Shown piece by piece: positions 34,022-42,231 of a stretch of DNA of 64,000 nucleotides. The translations under genes and the position numbers were made by a program. Positions within the stretch are counted from its first letter, which is position 1. Each line of letters starts with the position of its first letter. Source of the stretch: Gammaproteobacteria bacterium (lineage in GTDB: Bacteria; Pseudomonadota; Gammaproteobacteria; Steroidobacterales; Steroidobacteraceae); assembly GCA_037441085.1 (NCBI GenBank), contig JBBISV010000003.1, positions 695 to 64,694 on the forward strand, in the 5' to 3' direction. The notes under the pieces were generated by a model that was not told the DNA's origin, made no database searches, and saw only the letters and a program-made list of their open reading frames with translations.

Positions 34022-34462
34022 ATGAAAACTGTGATTGCCTTGGTCGCTCTGGTCGCCGCGGCGGGACTCGCCCTGCCCGGTGAGTCGCTGGCACAGCGCG
34101 GCATGGGTGGAGGCATGGGCGGCGCCTTTACGCGGCTGTACAACCAACAAACGGTCGAAACGGTCAGCGGACAGGTGCTGTCGGTCGACAAGGTTGCGCC
34201 CCGCCGCGGCCGGCTCTACGGCATACATCTCATGCTGAAGACGGCGCAGGGCGAAATTTCGGTGCACCTCGGCCCCAGCTGGTTCATCGAACGACAGACC
34301 ATGAAAATCGCGGTGAACGATGTCGTCGACGTCACGGGCTCGCGAATCACCTACGACGGCAAGCCCGCCCTGATCGCCGCGCTGGTCAAGAAGGGCGACG
34401 AGACGCTCGAACTGCGCGACTCGCGCGGCCTTCCGCTCTGGAGCGCGATGAAGTCGAAATGA
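34022..34462 (+). CDS. small secreted protein of unknown function (MamS/MamX-like beta domain by recollection)
   Basis: 146 aa with signal peptide MKTVIALVALVAAAGLALPGESLAQ and a Gly/Met tract GMGGGMGG. The conserved-looking core is VHLGPSWFIERQ...VTGSRITYDGKPALIAALVKKGDETLELRDSRGLPLW. ATG 34013 is an alternative start. Confidence 0.65.
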   Translation: MKTVIALVALVAAAGLALPGESLAQRGMGGGMGGAFTRLYNQQTVETVSGQVLSVDKVAPRRGRLYGIHLMLKTAQGEISVHLGPSWFIERQTMKIAVNDVVDVTGSRITYDGKPALIAALVKKGDETLELRDSRGLPLWSAMKSK

Positions 34463-34475
34463 TTGCCGGGGCGGC

Positions 34476-36029
34476 TTAGGGCTTGACGGCCTCTGAGAGC
34501 ATTCGGCCCACCGCCGCCGGGGATTGGGGCACCGCAGCGCCTTGCACGAGGAAATTGGCGTGTTGCATCGTGGCAAGGCTCAACGCGCCGACCAGCGGCC
34601 GCAGCGCGGCCAGAAGATGTGCGTCATGGGCCCGGCGCGGTGACACCAACAGCAGCGCGTCATAAGGCGGCAATGCCTCCTTGCGATCCGCCAGAAGCTT
34701 CAAGTCGTATTTGGCAATCCGCCCGTCGCTCGAATAAGCCATCACCACATCCACGTCGTGGCTCATCAAGGCGCCGAACAGGAAATTGGACTGGTATTGC
34801 CGCTGCGCCGCGAAGTGCAGTCCGTACTTCTCGGTGAGGTCGCGCCATTCCGGCCGGCTGAAGACTTCCAGGTCGCCGCCGATTCTCATTGTCGAGGCGT
34901 AGGCTGCGAGGTCGCCGATCGACTCGATGTGCAGCGCCCTCGCGCGGTCGGCCGGCATGGCCAGCGTGTACCTATCCTCGAAACCCAGGGATCCGAGGAC
35001 GAGGATGTGATGTTCTCGCATCAGCCAGGCCGTGGTCTGCTCCAGCACCGTCTTGCGTCCCGGCATGTCGGTGCGGTGCATCTCGCTGGTCCAGATCGTG
35101 CCCGAATAATCGACGTAGACGTCGACATCGTTGGCCGCGAGCGCATGGAACAGCACCGTCGAACCGAGGCCTGTTCGTCGCACCGCCGGAATTCCCGCGC
35201 GATTCAACCGGTCCTGTATCAACGCCCCGAGAATATATTGTTCGATCGCGGGCTTGCTGCCGACGATCACCCGATCAGGGGCCATGCCGATCAGCGGCAA
35301 CAGGCTCGCGCCGACGACGGCAATCAAGGCGGCAAGGGCCACTCCCAGGCGCCGGCGCGAACGCAGCCTCAATCCATCCTGAACCAATGCCAGCAACCGG
35401 TCGACCACCACCGAAAGGGCCGCGGCGGCGGCGCAGCCGAACAGCACGTAAACCCAGTTCTCCGTCTGCAGTCCCGTGAAGATGTAGTTCCCCAGGCTGG
35501 TCTGCCCGATCGGTGTCGCGAGCGTTGCCGTGCCGATGACCCACGCCGCGGCGGTACGGATCCCCGCAAGAATGACGGGCGCGGCGAGCGGCAGTTCGAC
35601 CAGCCACAGCGACTGCCACGGAGTCATGCCCACCCCGCGTGCCGCAACCTTGGCCGCCGGATCGATGCCCGCGAGCCCGGTGATCGTGTTTTGCAGAACC
35701 GGCAGCATCGAGTACAGCGTGAGCGCCATCAGCGCCGGCAGAAATCCGAGCGCGCGGAAAGTAAAGCCGAAAATCGCCAGCGTGAAGTGGGAGATCGCCA
35801 GGAGCAGCGGATAGAACAGCGCGACCAGCGCCAGACCGGGAATCGTTTGAATGATCCCCGCGAGGCCGAGTATGGGACCGCGCAGCCTGCGCGACCGCGT
35901 CGCGAGCAAGGCCAGCGGCAGGCTGATCACCAACCCGAGCGCGAGCGACGAGACGCTGAGCAGCACGTGCTGGCTCAGATAGTCCGGCAGGTGCAGGAGC
36001 GCCTGGCGCCAGGGCGATGAATCCGTCAT
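34476..36029 (-). CDS. ABC transporter permease fused to a glycine betaine/choline-type substrate-binding domain (OpuC/OpuB-like)
   Basis: 517 aa. The N-terminal half is a BPD-type permease (IIQTIPGLALVALF). The C-terminal half resembles OpuBC/ProX-type binding proteins (VIVGSKPAIEQYILGALI ... DGRIAKYDLKLLADRKEALPPY). Confidence 0.9.
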   Translation of the reverse strand: MTDSSPWRQALLHLPDYLSQHVLLSVSSLALGLVISLPLALLATRSRRLRGPILGLAGIIQTIPGLALVALFYPLLLAISHFTLAIFGFTFRALGFLPALMALTLYSMLPVLQNTITGLAGIDPAAKVAARGVGMTPWQSLWLVELPLAAPVILAGIRTAAAWVIGTATLATPIGQTSLGNYIFTGLQTENWVYVLFGCAAAAALSVVVDRLLALVQDGLRLRSRRRLGVALAALIAVVGASLLPLIGMAPDRVIVGSKPAIEQYILGALIQDRLNRAGIPAVRRTGLGSTVLFHALAANDVDVYVDYSGTIWTSEMHRTDMPGRKTVLEQTTAWLMREHHILVLGSLGFEDRYTLAMPADRARALHIESIGDLAAYASTMRIGGDLEVFSRPEWRDLTEKYGLHFAAQRQYQSNFLFGALMSHDVDVVMAYSSDGRIAKYDLKLLADRKEALPPYDALLLVSPRRAHDAHLLAALRPLVGALSLATMQHANFLVQGAAVPQSPAAVGRMLSEAVKP

Positions 36030-36799
36030 CTTGGCGCCCCTTCCAGGGCTTCGGCGAGCTTGCGCGCCCGCCGTCGCGGATTGTCGATCATCCGCCGCAC
36101 CAGCTCGTCGGCCGGCGCATCCAGAAGTCCGCCAGGGGTATCCACCTGGACGATCCGCCCGGCGCGCATCACCGCGATGCGGTCGGCCATCAGCAAGGCT
36201 TCGGTCATGTCGTGCGTGACCATGACCGTGGTCAAATTCAACTCGACGTGGATCCTGCGAAAATCCTCCGACAGGTCATCGCGCGTGATTGGATCGAGCG
36301 CACCGAACGGCTCGTCCATCAGCATGACCTTCGGCCTGCCGGCCAGAGCGCGCGCCAACCCCACGCGCTGGCGCTGCCCCCCGGACAATTCCGCGGGATA
36401 GCGGGAGCGGTATTGAGCGGCATCGAGGCGTACGAGGGCGAGCAGTTCATCCACTCGCCGGGACATTTCGTCGCGGCTCCAACCCAGCAAGCGCGGCGTG
36501 ATCGCGATGTTTTCGGCGATCGTCATGTGCGGAAAGAGGCCTATGCCTTGGAATACGTAGCCGATCCGGCGGCGTAGCGAAACCGGGTCGGCGCGCCGGA
36601 CGTCCTCGCCGTCGACCCGGACGGTTCCGGAGTCCGGCTCGATCAGCAGGTTGACCATGTTCAGGCTCGTGGTCTTGCCGCAGCCGGATTCGCCGATCAG
36701 AACCATCAGTTCCCCGCGCGCGATGCGCAGCGAGAATTGGCGCAGCGTGGGTTCCGCGTCCGCGGAATAGCCCTTTGTTACCGCGTCGAACTCGATCAT
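36026..36799 (-). CDS. ABC transporter ATP-binding protein (osmoprotectant uptake type, no CBS tail)
   Basis: 257 aa with Walker A GESGCGKTT, signature LSGGQRQRVGLARAL and Walker B VMLMDEPFGALD. It overlaps the permease start by 4 nt. Confidence 0.9.
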   Translation of the reverse strand: MIEFDAVTKGYSADAEPTLRQFSLRIARGELMVLIGESGCGKTTSLNMVNLLIEPDSGTVRVDGEDVRRADPVSLRRRIGYVFQGIGLFPHMTIAENIAITPRLLGWSRDEMSRRVDELLALVRLDAAQYRSRYPAELSGGQRQRVGLARALAGRPKVMLMDEPFGALDPITRDDLSEDFRRIHVELNLTTVMVTHDMTEALLMADRIAVMRAGRIVQVDTPGGLLDAPADELVRRMIDNPRRRARKLAEALEGAPR

Positions 36800-36821
36800 G
36801 AACTAGCGCAGCACGCCGGCG

Positions 36822-38471
36822 TCAACCATGGGCGTCCGCCATGCCCCAGGCTCGCAGCAGCCGCGGCTGCAGCACGCTCCAGTCGACGACCCCGACCGAC
36901 TCCGCCCACGCCGCGTATTGCCTCGCGAGCCCGTCGACCAGACCCTTGTTGCGGTTGCTCAGATCGTGAAGCTCGGTGCGGTCCACTTCCATGTCATAGA
37001 GTTCCCAAGGTTCATTGAACCTGCGCACCAGTTTGAGATTGCCGGACCTGACCGCGCAATTGCCCTCGTGTTCCCAAAAAATGGGTTGCTGCCGCGTCCA
37101 TGGATTACCGGCGAGCAAGTTCATGAAGCTTTCCCCGTCCGGCCGCTGCATTGCCTCGCCGCCGAGCTCGGATGGATAACCCACACCCGCGGCCTCCAAT
37201 ATCGTGGGCAGTATGTCGACGACGTGGCCGGCGGCGTGGGCCTTGCGGCCGGCCGGGATGCGGGCCGGCCATTGGACGATCAACGGCGTGGAAATTCCAC
37301 CCTCGTGCACCCAATGTTTGAACAGTCGAAACGGCGTATTCGACACATTGGCCCAGGGCAGGTCGTAGCTCATGTAAGTCTGCGCGCCGCCGGGCCGCAG
37401 ATTCGGCCGATTCCCGAGGGCGATCTTCTTCCCGTCGTTGGTCACGTCCGGGTAGAACTTCGCCCACCCGTCCTCGCGCATGAGCTCCGCGCAGCCGCCA
37501 TTGTCGGACAAGAACAGCACCAGGGTGTTCTCGTCCTGGCCCAGGCGACGCAGCGTATGCAGCACCCGGCCGATTTGCTGATCCATTCGATCGAGCATCG
37601 CGGCGTAGACCGCCATCCGGCTCGACTCCCAGTCCCGATGTTCGACATCGGTCCATGCCGGCGCATCCCGGTCTCGCGGCGAGATCTGCCAGCGATGCGG
37701 GAGCACCCCGCGCGACAGCATTTCCTCGTGGCGGGCCGTACGTGCGGCATCCCAACCACCGGCGTAGACGCCACGGTATCGGGCGATGTCTTCCTCGTGC
37801 GCCTGCAGCGGCCAGTGAGGCGCGGCGTGCGCCAGGTACAGAAAGAACGGCGCGTCGGACTTCGCGCTGCTCTCGATCATCTCGATCGCCTGGTCGGTGA
37901 TCGCATCGGTGAAATAGTAATCCGACGGCGGGACGGCGACTCGCCGGTCGTCCTCCATGATGTACCAGGGCGAGAAATAGTTGATCGTGCCGTCGATGAT
38001 ACCGTAGAAGCGGTCGAAGCCCCGCTGGCGCGGCGTGGGATGATCGACGTCACCGACCCGCCAGGTATCGACCAGTCGCGCCCAGAAGTCGCCGCCAACG
38101 TGCCACTTGCCTGCCATGAAGGTGCGGTAGCCTGCCGGGCGCAGCAGTTCGGCGATGGTTGGTGCGTCATTGCGAAGACAGCCTTGATAGGCCGGCGTGC
38201 CGAGGTTTGCGCCCATGTGCCCTATGCCCGCACGGTGCGGATACAGGCCGGTCAAAAGCGACGCACGAGTGGGGCAGCATCGGGCGCAGTTGTACATGGA
38301 CGTCATCAGTACGCCGCGCCGCGCCATCCCATCGATGTGAGGCGTGCGAATCTCCGACCCCATGACCCCCAGGTCGCCGAAGCCCATGTCGTCCGCCAGG
38401 ATCAGGACGATGTTGGGTCGGCGACCGCCGACGCCGCGCGCGGCGGAATCGACGCTCAACATCGCGAACAT
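36822..38471 (-). CDS. arylsulfatase (AtsA-like, formylglycine-dependent), apparently cytoplasmic
   Basis: 549 aa with LILADDMGFGDLG, the C-x-P-x-R motif CCPTRASLLTG, and AAPHWPLQA and LFLSDNGG blocks resembling Pseudomonas AtsA. No signal peptide is evident. Confidence 0.9.
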   Translation of the reverse strand: MFAMLSVDSAARGVGGRRPNIVLILADDMGFGDLGVMGSEIRTPHIDGMARRGVLMTSMYNCARCCPTRASLLTGLYPHRAGIGHMGANLGTPAYQGCLRNDAPTIAELLRPAGYRTFMAGKWHVGGDFWARLVDTWRVGDVDHPTPRQRGFDRFYGIIDGTINYFSPWYIMEDDRRVAVPPSDYYFTDAITDQAIEMIESSAKSDAPFFLYLAHAAPHWPLQAHEEDIARYRGVYAGGWDAARTARHEEMLSRGVLPHRWQISPRDRDAPAWTDVEHRDWESSRMAVYAAMLDRMDQQIGRVLHTLRRLGQDENTLVLFLSDNGGCAELMREDGWAKFYPDVTNDGKKIALGNRPNLRPGGAQTYMSYDLPWANVSNTPFRLFKHWVHEGGISTPLIVQWPARIPAGRKAHAAGHVVDILPTILEAAGVGYPSELGGEAMQRPDGESFMNLLAGNPWTRQQPIFWEHEGNCAVRSGNLKLVRRFNEPWELYDMEVDRTELHDLSNRNKGLVDGLARQYAAWAESVGVVDWSVLQPRLLRAWGMADAHG

Positions 38472-38635
38472 CCGCCGACCGACAACTGCCCCATGTATCC
38501 CCCGGCTTGATTGATTTCGAGACTAACATACGGCCTGCCATCCGATGCCGGGCATTCGCGGCGCGTCGACGTCATCCGCTACACTACGCGCGGGCCAAAG
38601 CGCTTCTGCACGGTGTCGAGCCCGCGGCCGCCACG

Positions 38636-40051
38636 ATGTCATTTCAAACAGATCCGCCCGGACACGGGCCGTCGATGGATCGCGTACGCGCCGCGGTGGC
38701 CGACGCCTTGACGCGGCATGACCTCGCCGCGGCGGCCGCGGCGGTGACGCGGCTCGAGGAGTCGCGTGCCGGCGAATCCGCGGCGCCGGATGTTGCCGCG
38801 GCGTCTCACGCGGAAATCGGCGATTTGTGGTCGGTACTCGGTGACTACGCGCGCGCGCTCGCCGCGTACGGGCGGGCCGTCGAACTCGCGCCGACCCGGT
38901 CCCGCTACTGGTTCAACCGGGCCGCCGTCCGGCGCTTTCTGGGCGATCTCGGCGCGGCGGAGCAGGACTACGATGAGGCGATCCGCCTCGCGCCGCACGA
39001 TGCCCAGGCATACTTGAACCGCGCGGACCTTCGCCCGCAGACGATAGAGCGCAACCACATCGACGAACTCGAGCGCGCGCTGCGCGCCGCCCCGCCGGAC
39101 TGGCGCCATCAAGTGCCGCTGCGTTACGCGCTCGCGAAGGAATACGAGGACCTCGGCGATCATCGCGCCTCGTGGCACCACCTGGCCGCGGGCGCGCAGT
39201 TGCGACGGCGCAATATGCGCTACGACGTGCGCACGGACCTGGCGACGATGGAGTGGATCCGCGAGGCGTTCCCCGCGCGCGCTCCGTCCGGCGGGAACCC
39301 GACGGACCGGCCGATTTTCATACTCGGCATGCCGCGCACCGGTTCGACGCTGGTGGAACGGATTCTCGGCAGCCACAGCGACGTACACGCCGGCGGGGAG
39401 TTGCAGGATTTCGGGCTGGCGGTGGTCGAGGCCGTGCGGGCGCATCTGGGGCGCGACGCAGGGCGGCGGGAAATGGTCTTCGCCTCGTCGTTGATCGACC
39501 ACGCGAAGCTGGGCGGCGACTACCTGCGGCGCACGCGGCTGCGAACCGGGGATCGGGGGCGATTCACGGACAAACTGCCGCTCAACTATCTATACATCGG
39601 CCTGATCGCGCAGGCCCTGCCGAATGCGCGCATCGTGCATGTGGTGCGCAATCCGATGGCGACCTGTTATGCCGTGTTCAAGGTGCTGTTCGACCAGGGA
39701 TACCCCTTCTCCTATGAACTTTGCGAACTGGCCGACTATTACATTGCCTACCGGCGGCTGATGCACCACTGGCACGCCGTGTTGCCCGGTCGTCTGATCG
39801 AAATCACCTATGAAGCCCTGGTCGTCGATCCTGCCTCGGAGACCCGCCGCCTGCTGGACGCGCTGGGCCTCGCCTGGGAGCCCGCGTGCGTCGACATTCT
39901 CGCCAACCAGTCACCGTCGACGACCGCGAGCGCATCGCAGGTTCGCCGGCCGATCCACCGGGTCGGCATCGACCAATGGCGCCATTACGAGGCACAGTTG
40001 TCGCCGGTCGCTCTGCGGCTGCGCGGCGCCGGTATCAGCCCCGAAGGCTAG
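38636..40051 (+). CDS. TPR repeat-containing sulfotransferase family protein
   Basis: 471 aa from ATG 38636. The N-terminal half is TPR-like (GDYARALAAYGRAVELAPTRSRYWFNRAAV...). The C-terminal half carries the PAPS 5'-phosphosulfate loop GMPRTGSTLVERIL and a sulfotransferase core. ATG 38675 is an alternative start. Confidence 0.8.
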   Translation: MSFQTDPPGHGPSMDRVRAAVADALTRHDLAAAAAAVTRLEESRAGESAAPDVAAASHAEIGDLWSVLGDYARALAAYGRAVELAPTRSRYWFNRAAVRRFLGDLGAAEQDYDEAIRLAPHDAQAYLNRADLRPQTIERNHIDELERALRAAPPDWRHQVPLRYALAKEYEDLGDHRASWHHLAAGAQLRRRNMRYDVRTDLATMEWIREAFPARAPSGGNPTDRPIFILGMPRTGSTLVERILGSHSDVHAGGELQDFGLAVVEAVRAHLGRDAGRREMVFASSLIDHAKLGGDYLRRTRLRTGDRGRFTDKLPLNYLYIGLIAQALPNARIVHVVRNPMATCYAVFKVLFDQGYPFSYELCELADYYIAYRRLMHHWHAVLPGRLIEITYEALVVDPASETRRLLDALGLAWEPACVDILANQSPSTTASASQVRRPIHRVGIDQWRHYEAQLSPVALRLRGAGISPEG

Positions 40052-40620
40052 TCCGCGCCCCGCGCCGCGGGGGGCGAACGGACCAGTATCACAACCGGTT
40101 CGTCGCCGGCCGTGGCCGGCTTCAACCGGCGATAGCCCAGCTTGTCCGCAACCCGGAAGGACGCCTGATTGCCGCGCTGAATGCGGCACGCGGTACGCCG
40201 GGTTCCGAAATGCCCGTCACCCCAGCGCACCACGGCGCGCAGCGCCTCGGTTGCGTACCCCTTTCCCTGCGCATGTACCGCCAACGCCCAACCAATCTCC
40301 GGCAGCCCGTCGATTTCCGGATGGGCGTCGCGGCGGAAATCCGCAAAGCCGAGATCGCCGACGTATCGGCCAGACGAGTTCTCGACGACGGCCCAGTACC
40401 CGAATCCGAGCAAGGTCCAGTGCCCACGGTAGCCCAGCAGCCTCTGCCAGGTGCGGGACGCGGGCGACGGTTCACCGATCGTGAATCGCGCAATCTCCGG
40501 ATCGGCCCACATCGCCACGCAGTCGGCCACATCGCTCAATTGATGGGGCCGGAGCAGCAGCCGCTCGGTGCGGATTTCCGGGGCGGCGCGATGCGCGGTG
40601 ATCGGTGCTCCGATGGTCAC
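40048..40620 (-). CDS. GNAT family N-acetyltransferase (RimJ/RimL-like)
   Basis: 190 aa from GTG 40620, preceded by AGGAG with a 7-nt spacer. The family-typical N-terminus IRTERLLLRPHQLSD and the core IGWALAVHAQGKGYATEA are present. The listed longer ORF overlaps glpD and was rejected. Confidence 0.75.
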   Translation of the reverse strand: MTIGAPITAHRAAPEIRTERLLLRPHQLSDVADCVAMWADPEIARFTIGEPSPASRTWQRLLGYRGHWTLLGFGYWAVVENSSGRYVGDLGFADFRRDAHPEIDGLPEIGWALAVHAQGKGYATEALRAVVRWGDGHFGTRRTACRIQRGNQASFRVADKLGYRRLKPATAGDEPVVILVRSPPAARGAD

Positions 40621-40654
40621 GGATGTTCTCCTGCTGGCGGGTGGGCCGTCCCGC

Positions 40655-42154
40655 TCAGCGGCCGAACCAGGCCTGAACGCGCGCCGCCTGCGCGTGGTCG
40701 TAGCGCAATCCGAGCTTGGTCCGACGCCAGAGCACGTCCTCGCCGCCGCTCGCCCATTCCCGATCCTTGAGATGTTGAAGTTCCGCCTCGAACAGCTGCG
40801 GCGCGATCTCCTCGCCCAGGGCGCGCGTGTCGGGGGCGCCGCCGAGAATGTCATCGATCGCGGTCCCGTAGCCGCGGCAGAGCCGGCGGATCAACTCCGG
40901 CGGCATTCCGGTCCTCCGTGCCAGCTGGTCGCGGCTGAATGCATCGAAATCGGCGCCCGCGAAATCGCCGCCCGGCAGCGTCGCCGCGCGGGTCCACGGC
41001 GAAGCCCGCTCGCCGAGCGCGGGCAGCAGTTCGGCCAGGGCGTGCTCGGCGAGCTTGCGGTACGTCGTGAGCTTGCCGCCGAACACCGACAGCATCGGCG
41101 CGGCGCCCGCAGGTGCGTCGAGATCGAAGGCGTAATCCCGGGTGACCGTCGACGCATTCTGCCGGCCGTCGTCGTACAAGGGCCGGACTCCCGCATAGCT
41201 CCAATGCACGTCGGCCGGCGTGACCGGCTCGCGCAGATAATCCGACACGGAACCGCACAGGTACTGCACCTCGTCCTGATCGGCGCGCAGCCCCGACGGA
41301 TCCCCGTCGAACGGCACGTCGGTCGTGCCGATCAAGGTGTAGTCCTGCTCGTAGGGAATGATGAACACGACGCGTCCGTCGGCATTCTGCAGCGTGTAAG
41401 CCTGGGGCCCGTCGTAGAGGCGGCGCACGACGATGTGGCTGCCCTTGACGAGCCGCAGGGAACTGCGCCTGTTCGCGCCGCTCGCGCGCAGCACCTCCTC
41501 GACCCAGGGTCCGGCGGCGTTCACAAGTGCGCGCGCGCGCACGCCGCGGCGGGCGCCGGAGCGCGAAACCAGGTCGACGCTCCACTCGCGCCCCGCACGG
41601 TGCGCGGCATCGAGCGCCGAACCGACCTCGACGACGGCGCCGCGGTTGCGCGCATCGATCGCGTTCGCGACCACCAGGCGGGCATCGTCCGCCCAGCAGT
41701 CCGAATATTCGAAGCCGCGCCGGTAATCCACGCGCAGCGGTTCGAACTCCGGGTCACGCCCGCGGCGCAAGGACCGGGTCGGCGGCAGGCGCCGGCGGCC
41801 GCCGATGTGGTCGTACATCAGGAGTCCGAGCCGCAGCACCCAGGCCGGTCGCAACCCTCGGTGCAAGGGCAGCACGAAGCGCAGCGGCCAGATCAGGTGG
41901 CCCGCCGCCGCGAGCAGCACCTCGCGTTCGGCGAGGCTTTCGCGCACGAGGCGGAATTGGTACTGCTCGAGGTACCGCAGGCCGCCGTGAATCAACTTGG
42001 ATGAGGCCGAGGACGTCGCGCAGGCGAGGTCGCCGCGTTCCGTGACCAGCACGGACAGGCCGCGGCCGGCCGCGTCGCGCGCAATGCCGACACCGTTGAT
42101 GCCGCCGCCGACGACGACCAGGTCATAAAGAGGTCTCTGGGATTCGTTCATCAT
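40655..42154 (-). CDS. glpD: FAD-dependent glycerol-3-phosphate dehydrogenase
   Basis: 499 aa from ATG 42154 (MMNESQRPLYDLVVVGGGINGVGIARDAAGRG), with SSASSKLIHGGLRYLE and a C-terminal GlpD helical domain. The listed 923-aa ORF is an artefactual upstream extension through the GH31 gene. Confidence 0.9.
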   Translation of the reverse strand: MMNESQRPLYDLVVVGGGINGVGIARDAAGRGLSVLVTERGDLACATSSASSKLIHGGLRYLEQYQFRLVRESLAEREVLLAAAGHLIWPLRFVLPLHRGLRPAWVLRLGLLMYDHIGGRRRLPPTRSLRRGRDPEFEPLRVDYRRGFEYSDCWADDARLVVANAIDARNRGAVVEVGSALDAAHRAGREWSVDLVSRSGARRGVRARALVNAAGPWVEEVLRASGANRRSSLRLVKGSHIVVRRLYDGPQAYTLQNADGRVVFIIPYEQDYTLIGTTDVPFDGDPSGLRADQDEVQYLCGSVSDYLREPVTPADVHWSYAGVRPLYDDGRQNASTVTRDYAFDLDAPAGAAPMLSVFGGKLTTYRKLAEHALAELLPALGERASPWTRAATLPGGDFAGADFDAFSRDQLARRTGMPPELIRRLCRGYGTAIDDILGGAPDTRALGEEIAPQLFEAELQHLKDREWASGGEDVLWRRTKLGLRYDHAQAARVQAWFGR

Positions 42155-42231
42155 CCTCACACATTCGTCATGGCCCCCCGCGGATTCGCACAGGGTGGTG
42201 GGTATCGATGGATGATGCCGGTCGGGGAAAC

